Shown piece after piece: positions 20,612-33,270 of a DNA stretch of 64,000 bases. Numbering within the stretch: position 1 is the first letter of the stretch; every line of letters begins with the position of its first letter. The stretch comes from a plasmid: the sequence record NZ_KX832927.1. The stretch is one strand, 5' to 3'. The translations under genes were made by a program, and so were the position numbers. A model generated the notes under the pieces. The model saw nothing but the letters and a program-made list of their open reading frames with translations, was not told the DNA's origin and did not search any database.

Positions 20612-20741
20612 TCAATTCACATGGATAGCGAATACTTCAACCGGACAATCTCCAAAGTGCGGGTGCGTTATAACACTCCTTGAGAAGCCACGCCAAGGGC
20701 GAATCTCTATCCTGGACATATCTCCAGCCTTTGGGTAGCCA
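20612..20741 (-). pseudogene. ASCH-domain protein gene disrupted by Tn10, C-terminal part
   Basis: Joining 31246-31107, one copy of the 9-bp duplication and 20741-20612 restores a 92-aa ORF. That ORF carries the ASCH signature G-x-K-x-x-E-x-R (SGEKPDEYR). Confidence 0.5.
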
Positions 20742-20750
20742 CACTTAACA

Positions 20751-22079
20751 CTGATGAATCCCCTAATGATTTTTATCAAAATCATTAAGTTAAGGTAGAT
20801 ACACATCTTGTCATATGATCAAATGGTTTCGCCAAAAATCAATAATCAGACAACAAAATGTGCGAACTCGATATTTTACACGACTCTCTTTACCAATTCT
20901 GCCCCGAATTACACTTAAAACGACTCAACAGCTTAACGTTGGCTTGCCACGCCTTACTTGACTGTAAAACTCTCACTCTTACCGAACTTGGCCGTAACCT
21001 GCCAACCAAAGCGAGAACAAAACATAACATCAAACGAATCGACCGATTGTTAGGTAATCGTCACCTCCACAAAGAGCGACTCGCTGTATACCGTTGGCAT
21101 GCTAGCTTTATCTGTTCGGGCAATACGATGCCCATTGTACTTGTTGACTGGTCTGATATCCGTGAGCAAAAACGGCTTATGGTATTGCGAGCTTCAGTCG
21201 CACTACACGGTCGTTCTGTTACTCTTTATGAGAAAGCGTTCCCGCTTTCAGAGCAATGTTCAAAGAAAGCTCATGACCAATTTCTAGCCGACCTTGCGAG
21301 CATTCTACCGAGTAACACCACACCGCTCATTGTCAGTGATGCTGGCTTTAAAGTGCCATGGTATAAATCCGTTGAGAAGCTGGGTTGGTACTGGTTAAGT
21401 CGAGTAAGAGGAAAAGTACAATATGCAGACCTAGGAGCGGAAAACTGGAAACCTATCAGCAACTTACATGATATGTCATCTAGTCACTCAAAGACTTTAG
21501 GCTATAAGAGGCTGACTAAAAGCAATCCAATCTCATGCCAAATTCTATTGTATAAATCTCGCTCTAAAGGCCGAAAAAATCAGCGCTCGACACGGACTCA
21601 TTGTCACCACCCGTCACCTAAAATCTACTCAGCGTCGGCAAAGGAGCCATGGATTCTAGCAACTAACTTACCTGTTGAAATTCGAACACCCAAACAACTT
21701 GTTAATATCTATTCGAAGCGAATGCAGATTGAAGAAACCTTCCGAGACTTGAAAAGTCCTGCCTACGGACTAGGCCTACGCCATAGCCGAACGAGCAGCT
21801 CAGAGCGTTTTGATATCATGCTGCTAATCGCCCTGATGCTTCAACTAACATGTTGGCTTGCGGGCGTTCATGCTCAGAAACAAGGTTGGGACAAGCACTT
21901 CCAGGCTAACACAGTCAGAAATCGAAACGTACTCTCAACAGTTCGCTTAGGCATGGAAGTTTTGCGGCATTCTGGCTACACAATAACAAGGGAAGACTCA
22001 CTCGTGGCTGCAACCCTGCTTACTCATAATCTATTCACACATGGTTACGTTTTGGGGAAATTATGAGGGGATCTCTCAG
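20751..22079 (+). mobile_element. IS10-left
   Basis: About 1329 bp, with the outside end at 20751 and the inside end (ttatgaggggatctctcag) at about 22079. Confidence 0.85.
20858..22066 (+). CDS. tnp: IS10 transposase (IS4 family), IS10L copy
   Basis: 402 aa, MCELDILHDSLYQFCPELHLKRLNS...HGYVLGKL. Its C-terminus differs slightly from the IS10R fragment (TLLTHNLF versus TLLAQNLF), as expected for IS10L versus IS10R. Confidence 0.9.
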   Translation: MCELDILHDSLYQFCPELHLKRLNSLTLACHALLDCKTLTLTELGRNLPTKARTKHNIKRIDRLLGNRHLHKERLAVYRWHASFICSGNTMPIVLVDWSDIREQKRLMVLRASVALHGRSVTLYEKAFPLSEQCSKKAHDQFLADLASILPSNTTPLIVSDAGFKVPWYKSVEKLGWYWLSRVRGKVQYADLGAENWKPISNLHDMSSSHSKTLGYKRLTKSNPISCQILLYKSRSKGRKNQRSTRTHCHHPSPKIYSASAKEPWILATNLPVEIRTPKQLVNIYSKRMQIEETFRDLKSPAYGLGLRHSRTSSSERFDIMLLIALMLQLTCWLAGVHAQKQGWDKHFQANTVRNRNVLSTVRLGMEVLRHSGYTITREDSLVAATLLTHNLFTHGYVLGKL

Positions 22080-22431
22080 TGCTCAGCATGTTTGAGTGCT
22101 TTACTCGCCGCGGGTTGAGAAATATGTAAAACTTCAGCCGCACGCGTTAAGGAACCACAAGTCATTACAGCATAAAAGATATCGAGATGTCTTAATTTCA
22201 TTCCATGTAGCCTACTGATTATTTATTTCTACGGACTATTCTAACGAATAAAGTATAAATAATCAGATATACTCGTCATAATTCAAATTTTGGTTTAGTT
22301 GTCACGAGAATTAATTCGTAAACGTGCAAGCTAAATAGATTGACTAGGGGAATATACGGGGTAAGAAAGCGGCTCGGCATACTGCCCTATAATAAATTGT
22401 TAGGAGAAGTACGCCGAGTAGTGTGTAGCTA

Positions 22432-23637
22432 TTAGGTAAAGTATGTACCAATTTCAATAAATATTTTAATTAAGATACTGTTTGAAATATCAACAATAAA
22501 GGCACCGACCATAGGAACGACAAGGAAAGCTTTATGTGATGGTCCAAATGCTTTTGTGACTGTTTGCATATTCGCAATTGCTGTTGGTGTTGCTCCCATA
22601 CCAAAGCCACAGTGACCCGCGCTGATCACGACAGCATCATAATCTTTGCCCATCATTTTGAAGGTGACAAAGCAGGCAAATAGCACCATGACAACAGTTT
22701 GTACAGCAATGATAATTAATACTGGCCCTGCCATGCTTGCCAATTGACCAAATTTTAATGACATTAACGCCATTGCCAAGAAAAGCGATAAAGCAACGCT
22801 ACCTAATACATCGACGGTCGGCTCAAACACTTCGTGTTTAAATACATGAGTCAGTGTATTACGGATAATAATACCGACAAATAAACACCAGACAAAAGTA
22901 GGCAGTTGCAGAAAAGTATCTTTAAACAATGCACTGATATAGCCACCAACAACAATACAGATAATCAGCATTGAAATGGTTTCAATAACGTTATTTGCAT
23001 TGATTTTTCTTTTGACGCTTGGTTGCTCAAAAGCTTCAACGATAGTGTCGCGCTCTTGCTCGGTTGTTTTAGGAATAGAGACCTTTTTCAAAAGATGACG
23101 GGCAACAGGGCCGCCAACTAAACCACCCAACACTAATCCAAGTGTTGCACAAGCCATCGCTAATTCAACGGCGCCTGTTACACCATATTTATCAGCGAGA
23201 ATAGGGCCCCATGCTCCGGCATTACCATGACCACCTGTTAGAGTAATTGAACCTGCAATTAAGCCAATAAATGGACTTTCATTCATCATGACAGCCATAC
23301 TCATGCCGACAGTATTTTGAATGGCGATTAGGATCGTTACTGCAATAGTTAATAGAACTAACGGCTTTCCTCCTTTAATCAGTCGAGAAAAGTCAGAACT
23401 TAGCCCGATAGAGGAAAAGAATGTGAGCATTAATAAACTTTGCAATGAAGCATCAAAAGTAAACGAATAACCTGATGTTTTATCAATAATTAACAGAACA
23501 ATTGCAACAATAAAGCCACCAACGACGGCTTCTGGTATGTGGTTTTTTTGTAGGAACGGGGTAAATTTTACGACAAACATTCCTATGAGTAGCGCGATAC
23601 ATGCGACTAATAATGTATAACTGGCATCTAGGATCAT
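22432..23637 (-). CDS. jemA: Sodium/glutamate symporter GltS-like permease (Tn10 JemA)
   Basis: 401-aa polytopic membrane protein at the Tn10 position next to IS10L. Confidence 0.75.
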   Translation of the reverse strand: MILDASYTLLVACIALLIGMFVVKFTPFLQKNHIPEAVVGGFIVAIVLLIIDKTSGYSFTFDASLQSLLMLTFFSSIGLSSDFSRLIKGGKPLVLLTIAVTILIAIQNTVGMSMAVMMNESPFIGLIAGSITLTGGHGNAGAWGPILADKYGVTGAVELAMACATLGLVLGGLVGGPVARHLLKKVSIPKTTEQERDTIVEAFEQPSVKRKINANNVIETISMLIICIVVGGYISALFKDTFLQLPTFVWCLFVGIIIRNTLTHVFKHEVFEPTVDVLGSVALSLFLAMALMSLKFGQLASMAGPVLIIIAVQTVVMVLFACFVTFKMMGKDYDAVVISAGHCGFGMGATPTAIANMQTVTKAFGPSHKAFLVVPMVGAFIVDISNSILIKIFIEIGTYFT

Positions 23638-24080
23638 TTTTTTACCTCTATTAGTTTACCAGAATTTTCACTATAACAATTTAACAATAGTGAAAAATGA
23701 AGTTACTTTGGTTAACTAATCTTTAACAATGAGTTTTATTAGGGTATCCATAACTTTTAGTTAATAGGGTCATAATTTTAGTGTGATCTTAATCATGAAA
23801 TATTAAAAAGATTAAAATAACAACAATGGTATTTAATGATGGGTAAACCTAAATACCATGCGGGATCCGCACTATTTTCGGTGATAGCAAAAAATAAAAA
23901 AGTATAAATAATAAACAAAATTATAAGAGAAGGAGAACATGATAAGCGCAGGCCGAGCAATTTAAAGAAGTGTGATATACAACATAAAACAGCAGCATGA
24001 CCTTTCTATATTTCGTTGCTTATCGAAGTGTTAATTTTCGGGTGGATTACTCTGTTTGTTGATTAATAACGGAGAAAAAT

Positions 24081-24780
<700 letters not shown>

Positions 24781-24787
24781 ACTTGCG

Positions 24788-26084
<1,297 letters not shown>

Positions 26085-26098
26085 CTAATTTTTGTTGA

Positions 26099-26150
26099 CA
26101 CTCTATCATTGATAGAGTTATTTTACCACTCCCTATCAGTGATAGAGAAA
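26099..26150. promoter_or_regulatory. tetO operators (two palindromic TCTATCA-TGATAGAG-type sites) in the tetR-tetA intergenic region
   Basis: cactctatcattgatagagt and ccctatcagtgatagagaa lie between the divergent tetR and tetA starts. Confidence 0.8.
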
Positions 26151-26156
26151 AGTGAA

Positions 26157-27362
26157 ATGAATAGTTCGACAAAGATCGCATTGGTAATTACGTTACTCGA
26201 TGCCATGGGGATTGGCCTTATCATGCCAGTCTTGCCAACGTTATTACGTGAATTTATTGCTTCGGAAGATATCGCTAACCACTTTGGCGTATTGCTTGCA
26301 CTTTATGCGTTAATGCAGGTTATCTTTGCTCCTTGGCTTGGAAAAATGTCTGACCGATTTGGTCGGCGCCCAGTGCTGTTGTTGTCATTAATAGGCGCAT
26401 CGCTGGATTACTTATTGCTGGCTTTTTCAAGTGCGCTTTGGATGCTGTATTTAGGCCGTTTGCTTTCAGGGATCACAGGAGCTACTGGGGCTGTCGCGGC
26501 ATCGGTCATTGCCGATACCACCTCAGCTTCTCAACGCGTGAAGTGGTTCGGTTGGTTAGGGGCAAGTTTTGGGCTTGGTTTAATAGCGGGGCCTATTATT
26601 GGTGGTTTTGCAGGAGAGATTTCACCGCATAGTCCCTTTTTTATCGCTGCGTTGCTAAATATTGTCGCTTTCCTTGTGGTTATGTTTTGGTTCCGTGAAA
26701 CCAAAAATACACGTGATAATACAGATACCGAAGTAGGGGTTGAGACGCAATCGAATTCGGTATACATCACTTTATTTAAAACGATGCCCATTTTGTTGAT
26801 TATTTATTTTTCAGCGCAATTGATAGGCCAAATTCCCGCAACGGTGTGGGTGCTATTTACCGAAAATCGTTTTGGATGGAATAGCATGATGGTTGGCTTT
26901 TCATTAGCGGGTCTTGGTCTTTTACACTCAGTATTCCAAGCCTTTGTGGCAGGAAGAATAGCCACTAAATGGGGCGAAAAAACGGCAGTACTGCTCGGAT
27001 TTATTGCAGATAGTAGTGCATTTGCCTTTTTAGCGTTTATATCTGAAGGTTGGTTAGTTTTCCCTGTTTTAATTTTATTGGCTGGTGGTGGGATCGCTTT
27101 ACCTGCATTACAGGGAGTGATGTCTATCCAAACAAAGAGTCATCAGCAAGGTGCTTTACAGGGATTATTGGTGAGCCTTACCAATGCAACCGGTGTTATT
27201 GGCCCATTACTGTTTGCTGTTATTTATAATCATTCACTACCAATTTGGGATGGCTGGATTTGGATTATTGGTTTAGCGTTTTACTGTATTATTATCCTGC
27301 TATCGATGACCTTCATGTTAACCCCTCAAGCTCAGGGGAGTAAACAGGAGACAAGTGCTTAG
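26157..27362 (+). CDS. tetA: Tetracycline efflux MFS transporter TetA, class B
   Basis: Start MNSSTKIALVITLLDAMGIGLIMPVLPTLLREF. A 401-aa MFS transporter. The ORF-track start at 26109 runs through the operators and is too far upstream. Confidence 0.9.
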   Translation: MNSSTKIALVITLLDAMGIGLIMPVLPTLLREFIASEDIANHFGVLLALYALMQVIFAPWLGKMSDRFGRRPVLLLSLIGASLDYLLLAFSSALWMLYLGRLLSGITGATGAVAASVIADTTSASQRVKWFGWLGASFGLGLIAGPIIGGFAGEISPHSPFFIAALLNIVAFLVVMFWFRETKNTRDNTDTEVGVETQSNSVYITLFKTMPILLIIYFSAQLIGQIPATVWVLFTENRFGWNSMMVGFSLAGLGLLHSVFQAFVAGRIATKWGEKTAVLLGFIADSSAFAFLAFISEGWLVFPVLILLAGGGIALPALQGVMSIQTKSHQQGALQGLLVSLTNATGVIGPLLFAVIYNHSLPIWDGWIWIIGLAFYCIIILLSMTFMLTPQAQGSKQETSA

Positions 27363-27474
27363 TTATTTCGTCACCAAATGATGTTATTCCTCGAAATATA
27401 ATGACCCTCTTGATAACCCAAGAGGGCATTTTTTACGATAAAGAAGATTTAGCTTCAAATAAAACCTATCTATT

Positions 27475-28143
27475 TTATTTATCTTTCAAGCTCAATAAAA
27501 AGCCGCGGTAAATAGCAATAAATTGGCCTTTTTTATCGGCAAGCTCTTTTAGGTTTTTCGCATGTATTGCGATATGCATAAACCAGCCATTGAGTAAGTT
27601 TTTAAGCACATCATCATCATAAGCTTTAAGTTGGTTCTCTTGGATCAATTTGCTGACAATGGCGTTTACCTTACCAGTAATGTATTCAAGGCTAATTTTT
27701 TCAAGTTCATTCCAACCAATGATAGGCATCACTTCTTGGATAGGGATAAGGTTTTTATTATTATCAATAATATAATCAAGATAATGTTCAAATATACTTT
27801 CTAAGGCAGACCAACCATTTGTTAAATCAGTTTTTGTTGTGATGTAGGCATCAATCATAATTAATTGCTGCTTATAACAGGCACTGAGTAATTGTTTTTT
27901 ATTTTTAAAGTGATGATAAAAGGCACCTTTGGTCACCAACGCTTTTCCCGAGATCTCATCTATTGAAACAGCTTGATAGCCTTTTTCAACAAACAATATT
28001 CGTGCTGAGTTAACCAGTGATTGATAGGTACTCTTAAAATTTTCTTGTTGATGATTTTTATTTTCCATGATAGATTTAAAATAACATACCGTCAGTATGT
28101 TTATGGTATCATGATGATGTGGTCGTGACAATCTTAAGAACAT
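27475..28143 (-). CDS. tetC: TetC (TetR-family regulator of Tn10)
   Basis: Divergent from tetD at the canonical Tn10 position. The true start is probably internal to the 222-aa ORF. Confidence 0.7.
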   Translation of the reverse strand: MFLRLSRPHHHDTINILTVCYFKSIMENKNHQQENFKSTYQSLVNSARILFVEKGYQAVSIDEISGKALVTKGAFYHHFKNKKQLLSACYKQQLIMIDAYITTKTDLTNGWSALESIFEHYLDYIIDNNKNLIPIQEVMPIIGWNELEKISLEYITGKVNAIVSKLIQENQLKAYDDDVLKNLLNGWFMHIAIHAKNLKELADKKGQFIAIYRGFLLSLKDK

Positions 28144-28155
28144 TTAGGTTATTTT

Positions 28156-28572
28156 ATGTATATTGAACAGCATTCTCGCTATCAAAATAAAGCTAATAAC
28201 ATCCAATTAAGATATGATGATAAGCAGTTTCATACAACGGTTATCAAAGATGTTCTATTATGGATTGAACATAATTTAGATCAGTCTTTACTGCTTGATG
28301 ATGTGGCGAATAAAGCGGGTTATACCAAGTGGTATTTTCAGCGGCTGTTCAAAAAAGTAACAGGGGTCACACTGGCTAGCTATATTCGTGCTCGTCGTTT
28401 GACGAAAGCGGCTGTTGAGTTGAGGTTGACGAAAAAAACTATCCTTGAGATCGCATTAAAATATCAATTTGATTCCCAACAATCTTTTACACGTCGATTT
28501 AAGTACATTTTTAAGGTTACACCAAGTTATTATCGGCGTAATAAATTATGGGAATTGGAGGCAATGCACTGA
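28156..28572 (+). CDS. tetD: TetD (AraC/MarA-family regulator of Tn10)
   Basis: 138 aa with an AraC-type HTH. Its stop overlaps the IS10R inside end. Confidence 0.8.
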   Translation: MYIEQHSRYQNKANNIQLRYDDKQFHTTVIKDVLLWIEHNLDQSLLLDDVANKAGYTKWYFQRLFKKVTGVTLASYIRARRLTKAAVELRLTKKTILEIALKYQFDSQQSFTRRFKYIFKVTPSYYRRNKLWELEAMH

Positions 28573-28581
28573 GAGATCCCC

Positions 28582-28742
28582 TCATAATTTCCCCAAAGCG
28601 TAACCATGTGTGAATAAATTTTGAGCTAGTAGGGTTGCAGCCACGAGTAAGTCTTCCCTTGTTATTGTGTAGCCAGAATGCCGCAAAACTTCCATGCCTA
28701 AGCGAACTGTTGAGAGTACGTTTCGATTTCTGACTGTGTTAG
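28582..28742 (-). pseudogene. IS10R transposase, C-terminal fragment (split by IS5)
   Basis: Encodes ...NRNVLSTVRLGMEVLRHSGYTITREDLLVAATLLAQNLFTHGYALGKL, the IS10 transposase C-terminus. Confidence 0.8.
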
Positions 28743-29938
<1,196 letters not shown>

Positions 29939-30990
29939 TTAGCCTGGAAGTGCTTGTCCCAACCTTGTTTCTGAGCATGAACGCCCGCAAGCCAACATGT
30001 TAGTTGAAGCATCAGGGCGATTAGCAGCATGATATCAAAACGCTCTGAGCTGCTCGTTCGGCTATGGCGTAGGCCTAGTCCGTAGGCAGGACTTTTCAAG
30101 TCTCGGAAGGTTTCTTCAATCTGCATTCGCTTCGAATAGATATTAACAAGTTGTTTGGGTGTTCGAATTTCAACAGGTAAGTTAGTTGCTAGAACCCATG
30201 GCTCCTTTGCCGACGCTGAGTAGATTTTAGGTGACGGGTGGTGACAATGAGTCCGTGTCGAGCGCTGATTTTTTCGGCCTTTAGAGCGAGATTTATACAA
30301 TAGAATTTGGCATGAGATTGGATTGCTTTTAGTCAGCCTCTTATAGCCTAAAGTCTTTGAGTGACTAGATGACATATCATGTAAGTTGCTGATAGGTTTC
30401 CAGTTTTCCGCTCCTAGGTCTGCATATTGTACTTTTCCTCTTACTCGACTTAACCAGTACCAACCCAGCTTCTCAACGGATTTATACCATGGCACTTTAA
30501 AGCCAGCATCACTGACAATGAGCGGTGTGGTGTTACTCGGTAGAATGCTCGCAAGGTCGGCTAGAAATTGGTCATGAGCTTTCTTTGAACATTGCTCTGA
30601 AAGCGGGAACGCTTTCTCATAAAGAGTAACAGAACGACCGTGTAGTGCGACTGAAGCTCGCAATACCATAAGTCGTTTTTGCTCACGAATATCAGACCAG
30701 TCAACAAGTACAATGGGCATCGTATTGCCCGAACAGATAAAGCTAGCATGCCAACGGTATACAGCGAGTCGCTCTTTGTGGAGGTGACGATTACCTAACA
30801 ATCGGTCGATTCGTTTGATGTTATGTTTTGTTCTCGCTTTGGTTGGCAGGTTACGGCCAAGTTCGGTAAGAGTGAGAGTTTTACAGTCAAGTAATGCGTG
30901 GCAAGCCAACGTTAAGCTGTTGAGTCGTTTTAAGTGTAATTCGGGGCAGAATTGGTAAAGAGAGTCGTGTAAAATATCGAGTTCGCACAT
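29939..30990 (-). pseudogene. IS10R transposase, N-terminal part (reading frame runs into IS5)
   Basis: The N-terminal roughly 350 aa are identical to the IS10L transposase. The divergent C-terminal tail in the ORF track (ORF 29830..30990) is read from IS5 sequence. Confidence 0.8.
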
Positions 30991-31106
30991 CTTGTTGTCT
31001 GATTATTGATTTTTCGCGAAACCATTTGATCATATGACAAGATGTGTATCCACCTTAACTTAATGATTTTTACCAAAATCATTAGGGGATTCATCAGCAC
31101 TTAACA

Positions 31107-31246
31107 TGGACTTCATCATACTCGCGCCCCTCTAGTCTTTTTATCCAGTAGTCTGTAACGAGGCGATATTCATCTGGTTTTTCTCCAGATTTGATCTGAT
31201 CGAAGTAAATCTTTTTTACGGGCAGATGAAGTATTCTCTTTTTCAT
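31107..31246 (-). pseudogene. ASCH-domain protein gene disrupted by Tn10, N-terminal part
   Basis: Encodes MKKRILHLPVKKIYFDQIKSGEKPDEYRLVTDYWIKRLEGREYDEVHVK, in frame with 20741-20612 across the insertion. Confidence 0.5.
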
Positions 31247-31271
31247 AATCACCACCTGATAGCCCATCAGA

Positions 31272-31478
31272 CTATCTAACTATTCGACAAAACATCCCTT
31301 TTTCAATTTCTGTCTCTCTCGCCTCATGGGCCAATACAATATCCGCGATAACACGAATATTCCCTTCATAGTTGCGAATGGCCGCATCCCTCATCGTGTC
31401 TAAAGTGTCCTGACACTTCGCTCGCCTGAATTTAACGAGCCAACTTTGCCGATCTATCTTGTCCACACCAAATCCCAT
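31272..31478 (-). CDS. Small hypothetical protein
   Basis: 68-aa ORF between the P-loop gene and the ASCH gene. Confidence 0.3.
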   Translation of the reverse strand: MGFGVDKIDRQSWLVKFRRAKCQDTLDTMRDAAIRNYEGNIRVIADIVLAHEARETEIEKGMFCRIVR

Positions 31479-32096
31479 TTAGCGAACCATGTATCCAGCT
31501 TTTTTGGCCGCAGCATCAAGCTCGGAGGAGAAGTTAACGTCGGACTTTTCTGCCGCGTTATAGAGGGCTCCACACTTGGGCCATGAGCGTCCTACCAGTT
31601 TCATCGCCAACGCATCCGCCAGCATTTCTCGGATCTGTGTTTCAGCCTCACCAAAATCGGCCAGAGTTTCGTCTATGCCCGACTCTTCCATCAGCTCGAT
31701 GAGCTGTGGTTGTTTGAGCCAGACGCCTGTTTGCATTTCCAACTGATCTCTTGCATCGGCCACCAATTGGCGTTCAAGGGTTACGCCATTCACGGTCTTA
31801 ACAAATTGCTTTGGCTGACGCTTTACCTTTTTTGGCCTGGACACATCAGAGATAACCGTCACCGGCTTCCCACGCAGTTCACGCGGCAACGGTCCACTTA
31901 GCCCCAGAACTAAGCGACGAGCGTACTCATGCTCGTATGGTTTCAACCCTCGACCTTCACGGTACATTTCAGTATCCACCAGCAGATCACCGCGCAGCCT
32001 CGCATTTTTCCGCACTTGTTCGGACAAGACCGATTTACCCTTCCCGCTGGCTCCCATTACGAGCGAGTGAGATTCTACTTTGTTATCAAAAAACAT
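31479..32096 (-). CDS. P-loop NTPase (kinase-like)
   Basis: 205 aa with Walker A GASGKGKSV near the N-terminus. Confidence 0.45.
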   Translation of the reverse strand: MFFDNKVESHSLVMGASGKGKSVLSEQVRKNARLRGDLLVDTEMYREGRGLKPYEHEYARRLVLGLSGPLPRELRGKPVTVISDVSRPKKVKRQPKQFVKTVNGVTLERQLVADARDQLEMQTGVWLKQPQLIELMEESGIDETLADFGEAETQIREMLADALAMKLVGRSWPKCGALYNAAEKSDVNFSSELDAAAKKAGYMVR

Positions 32097-32189
32097 AATT
32101 CCGCCCCCAAGGAGGTGTTGCTATAAAACATGGTTTGAACATCCGTATTTTCACGGCAATAACCGCCGGATAATGCAAGACTCCCAAAC

Positions 32190-32408
32190 CTAAATAGGTC
32201 TCCAGGTGATGACATCGAAGTCATAGCTGACTTCCGAGTTGTCGTCCGCCGTTCGCCACGAACAATCATCTTCCTGAACATGGATCAAGTCGTACTCAAC
32301 AATTTTGCCCGACCAACATCCTTTAAGCTGGCAATGAACAGGCACACCGACGACCGGCATCTTGTCGTTGACGCTGATCCACGGTTCTTGCTTTTGATCC
32401 AGATCCAC
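32190..32408 (-). CDS. Small hypothetical protein
   Basis: 72-aa ORF. Confidence 0.25.
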   Translation of the reverse strand: MDLDQKQEPWISVNDKMPVVGVPVHCQLKGCWSGKIVEYDLIHVQEDDCSWRTADDNSEVSYDFDVITWRPI

Positions 32409-32411
32409 CGG

Positions 32412-32693
32412 TTAGTCCTCTATGAACGATTTAATGGATCGCCCATCAAAAAACAGTTTCCCAGTTCCTGATACCGAATGTACTTCTGGAGCTGCCTTCC
32501 CTTTCAGGAGTTTCTGATAGCGCACCGCGTCTTTGAGCTCAGAGATCCTGACGCCAATGAGTGTGGCCGTCTCCTCAACTGTTAAAATACGGTCCCAAAA
32601 GCTGGTGGCGCTGTTATTGCGCCCACCGATACTCTGGGCAACGCACTCTGTTCTGGCCGCTTTTCCCTTTGCCATTGGCAATGTCCTCTTCAT
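32412..32693 (-). CDS. Small putative DNA-binding protein
   Basis: 93-aa ORF. It partly overlaps the upstream 218-aa ORF in another frame, so one of the two starts is likely internal. Confidence 0.3.
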   Translation of the reverse strand: MKRTLPMAKGKAARTECVAQSIGGRNNSATSFWDRILTVEETATLIGVRISELKDAVRYQKLLKGKAAPEVHSVSGTGKLFFDGRSIKSFIED

Positions 32694-33270
32694 TCTTCTC
32701 AGCCCCCAGCTTACTCAGTATTTCAGCTTTTGTAGCGCGATGGCCGCGCATTAAAAGAGCATTCAGCAGGTATCCAGTGAACACCTCTGTACTCGGCATA
32801 CGGTCAAGCAACTCAACATACTGCTCATCCGTCAAATCATGGATCTCACAATATTTTTCCACCGCCTTTTCGTAGGCTTCTGCGTAGCCATGAGTGGAAA
32901 TCCTGAAAGCAATATCCCCATTGCCGTAGCCTGGCTTTGTGACGAGAAAACAAGGCGCGAAGTAGGTTCTCTTCACCCCCATCCGGCTCCGGTTCTCAAT
33001 GCTGATATAAGCCCTCAGCCCCTCAGCAATGATGTTTGGCCCGGAGTTGCGTCGCCGCTTACAAGTTTTATTCTGACGCTTCACCTCTTCTGCCTCAGCT
33101 TCCCACTTTCGGTCCAAGCTGTAGGCCAGCCGGTGAGCTGTTGCGTAGGAATACTCTCTCAAGGAGAAGTATTCCTGCCGGTAATCATCCGCCACCCCAA
33201 CTGTTCGTGCGACACGGAACCCGACGAAACCGGCGTCATGGGTTCCCTCGCCGTAGTAAATGACTGCCAT
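32614..33270 (-). CDS. Hypothetical protein
   Basis: 218-aa ORF coupled to the methyltransferase gene stop. No recognisable motif. Confidence 0.35.
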   Translation of the reverse strand: MAVIYYGEGTHDAGFVGFRVARTVGVADDYRQEYFSLREYSYATAHRLAYSLDRKWEAEAEEVKRQNKTCKRRRNSGPNIIAEGLRAYISIENRSRMGVKRTYFAPCFLVTKPGYGNGDIAFRISTHGYAEAYEKAVEKYCEIHDLTDEQYVELLDRMPSTEVFTGYLLNALLMRGHRATKAEILSKLGAEKNEEDIANGKGKSGQNRVRCPEYRWAQ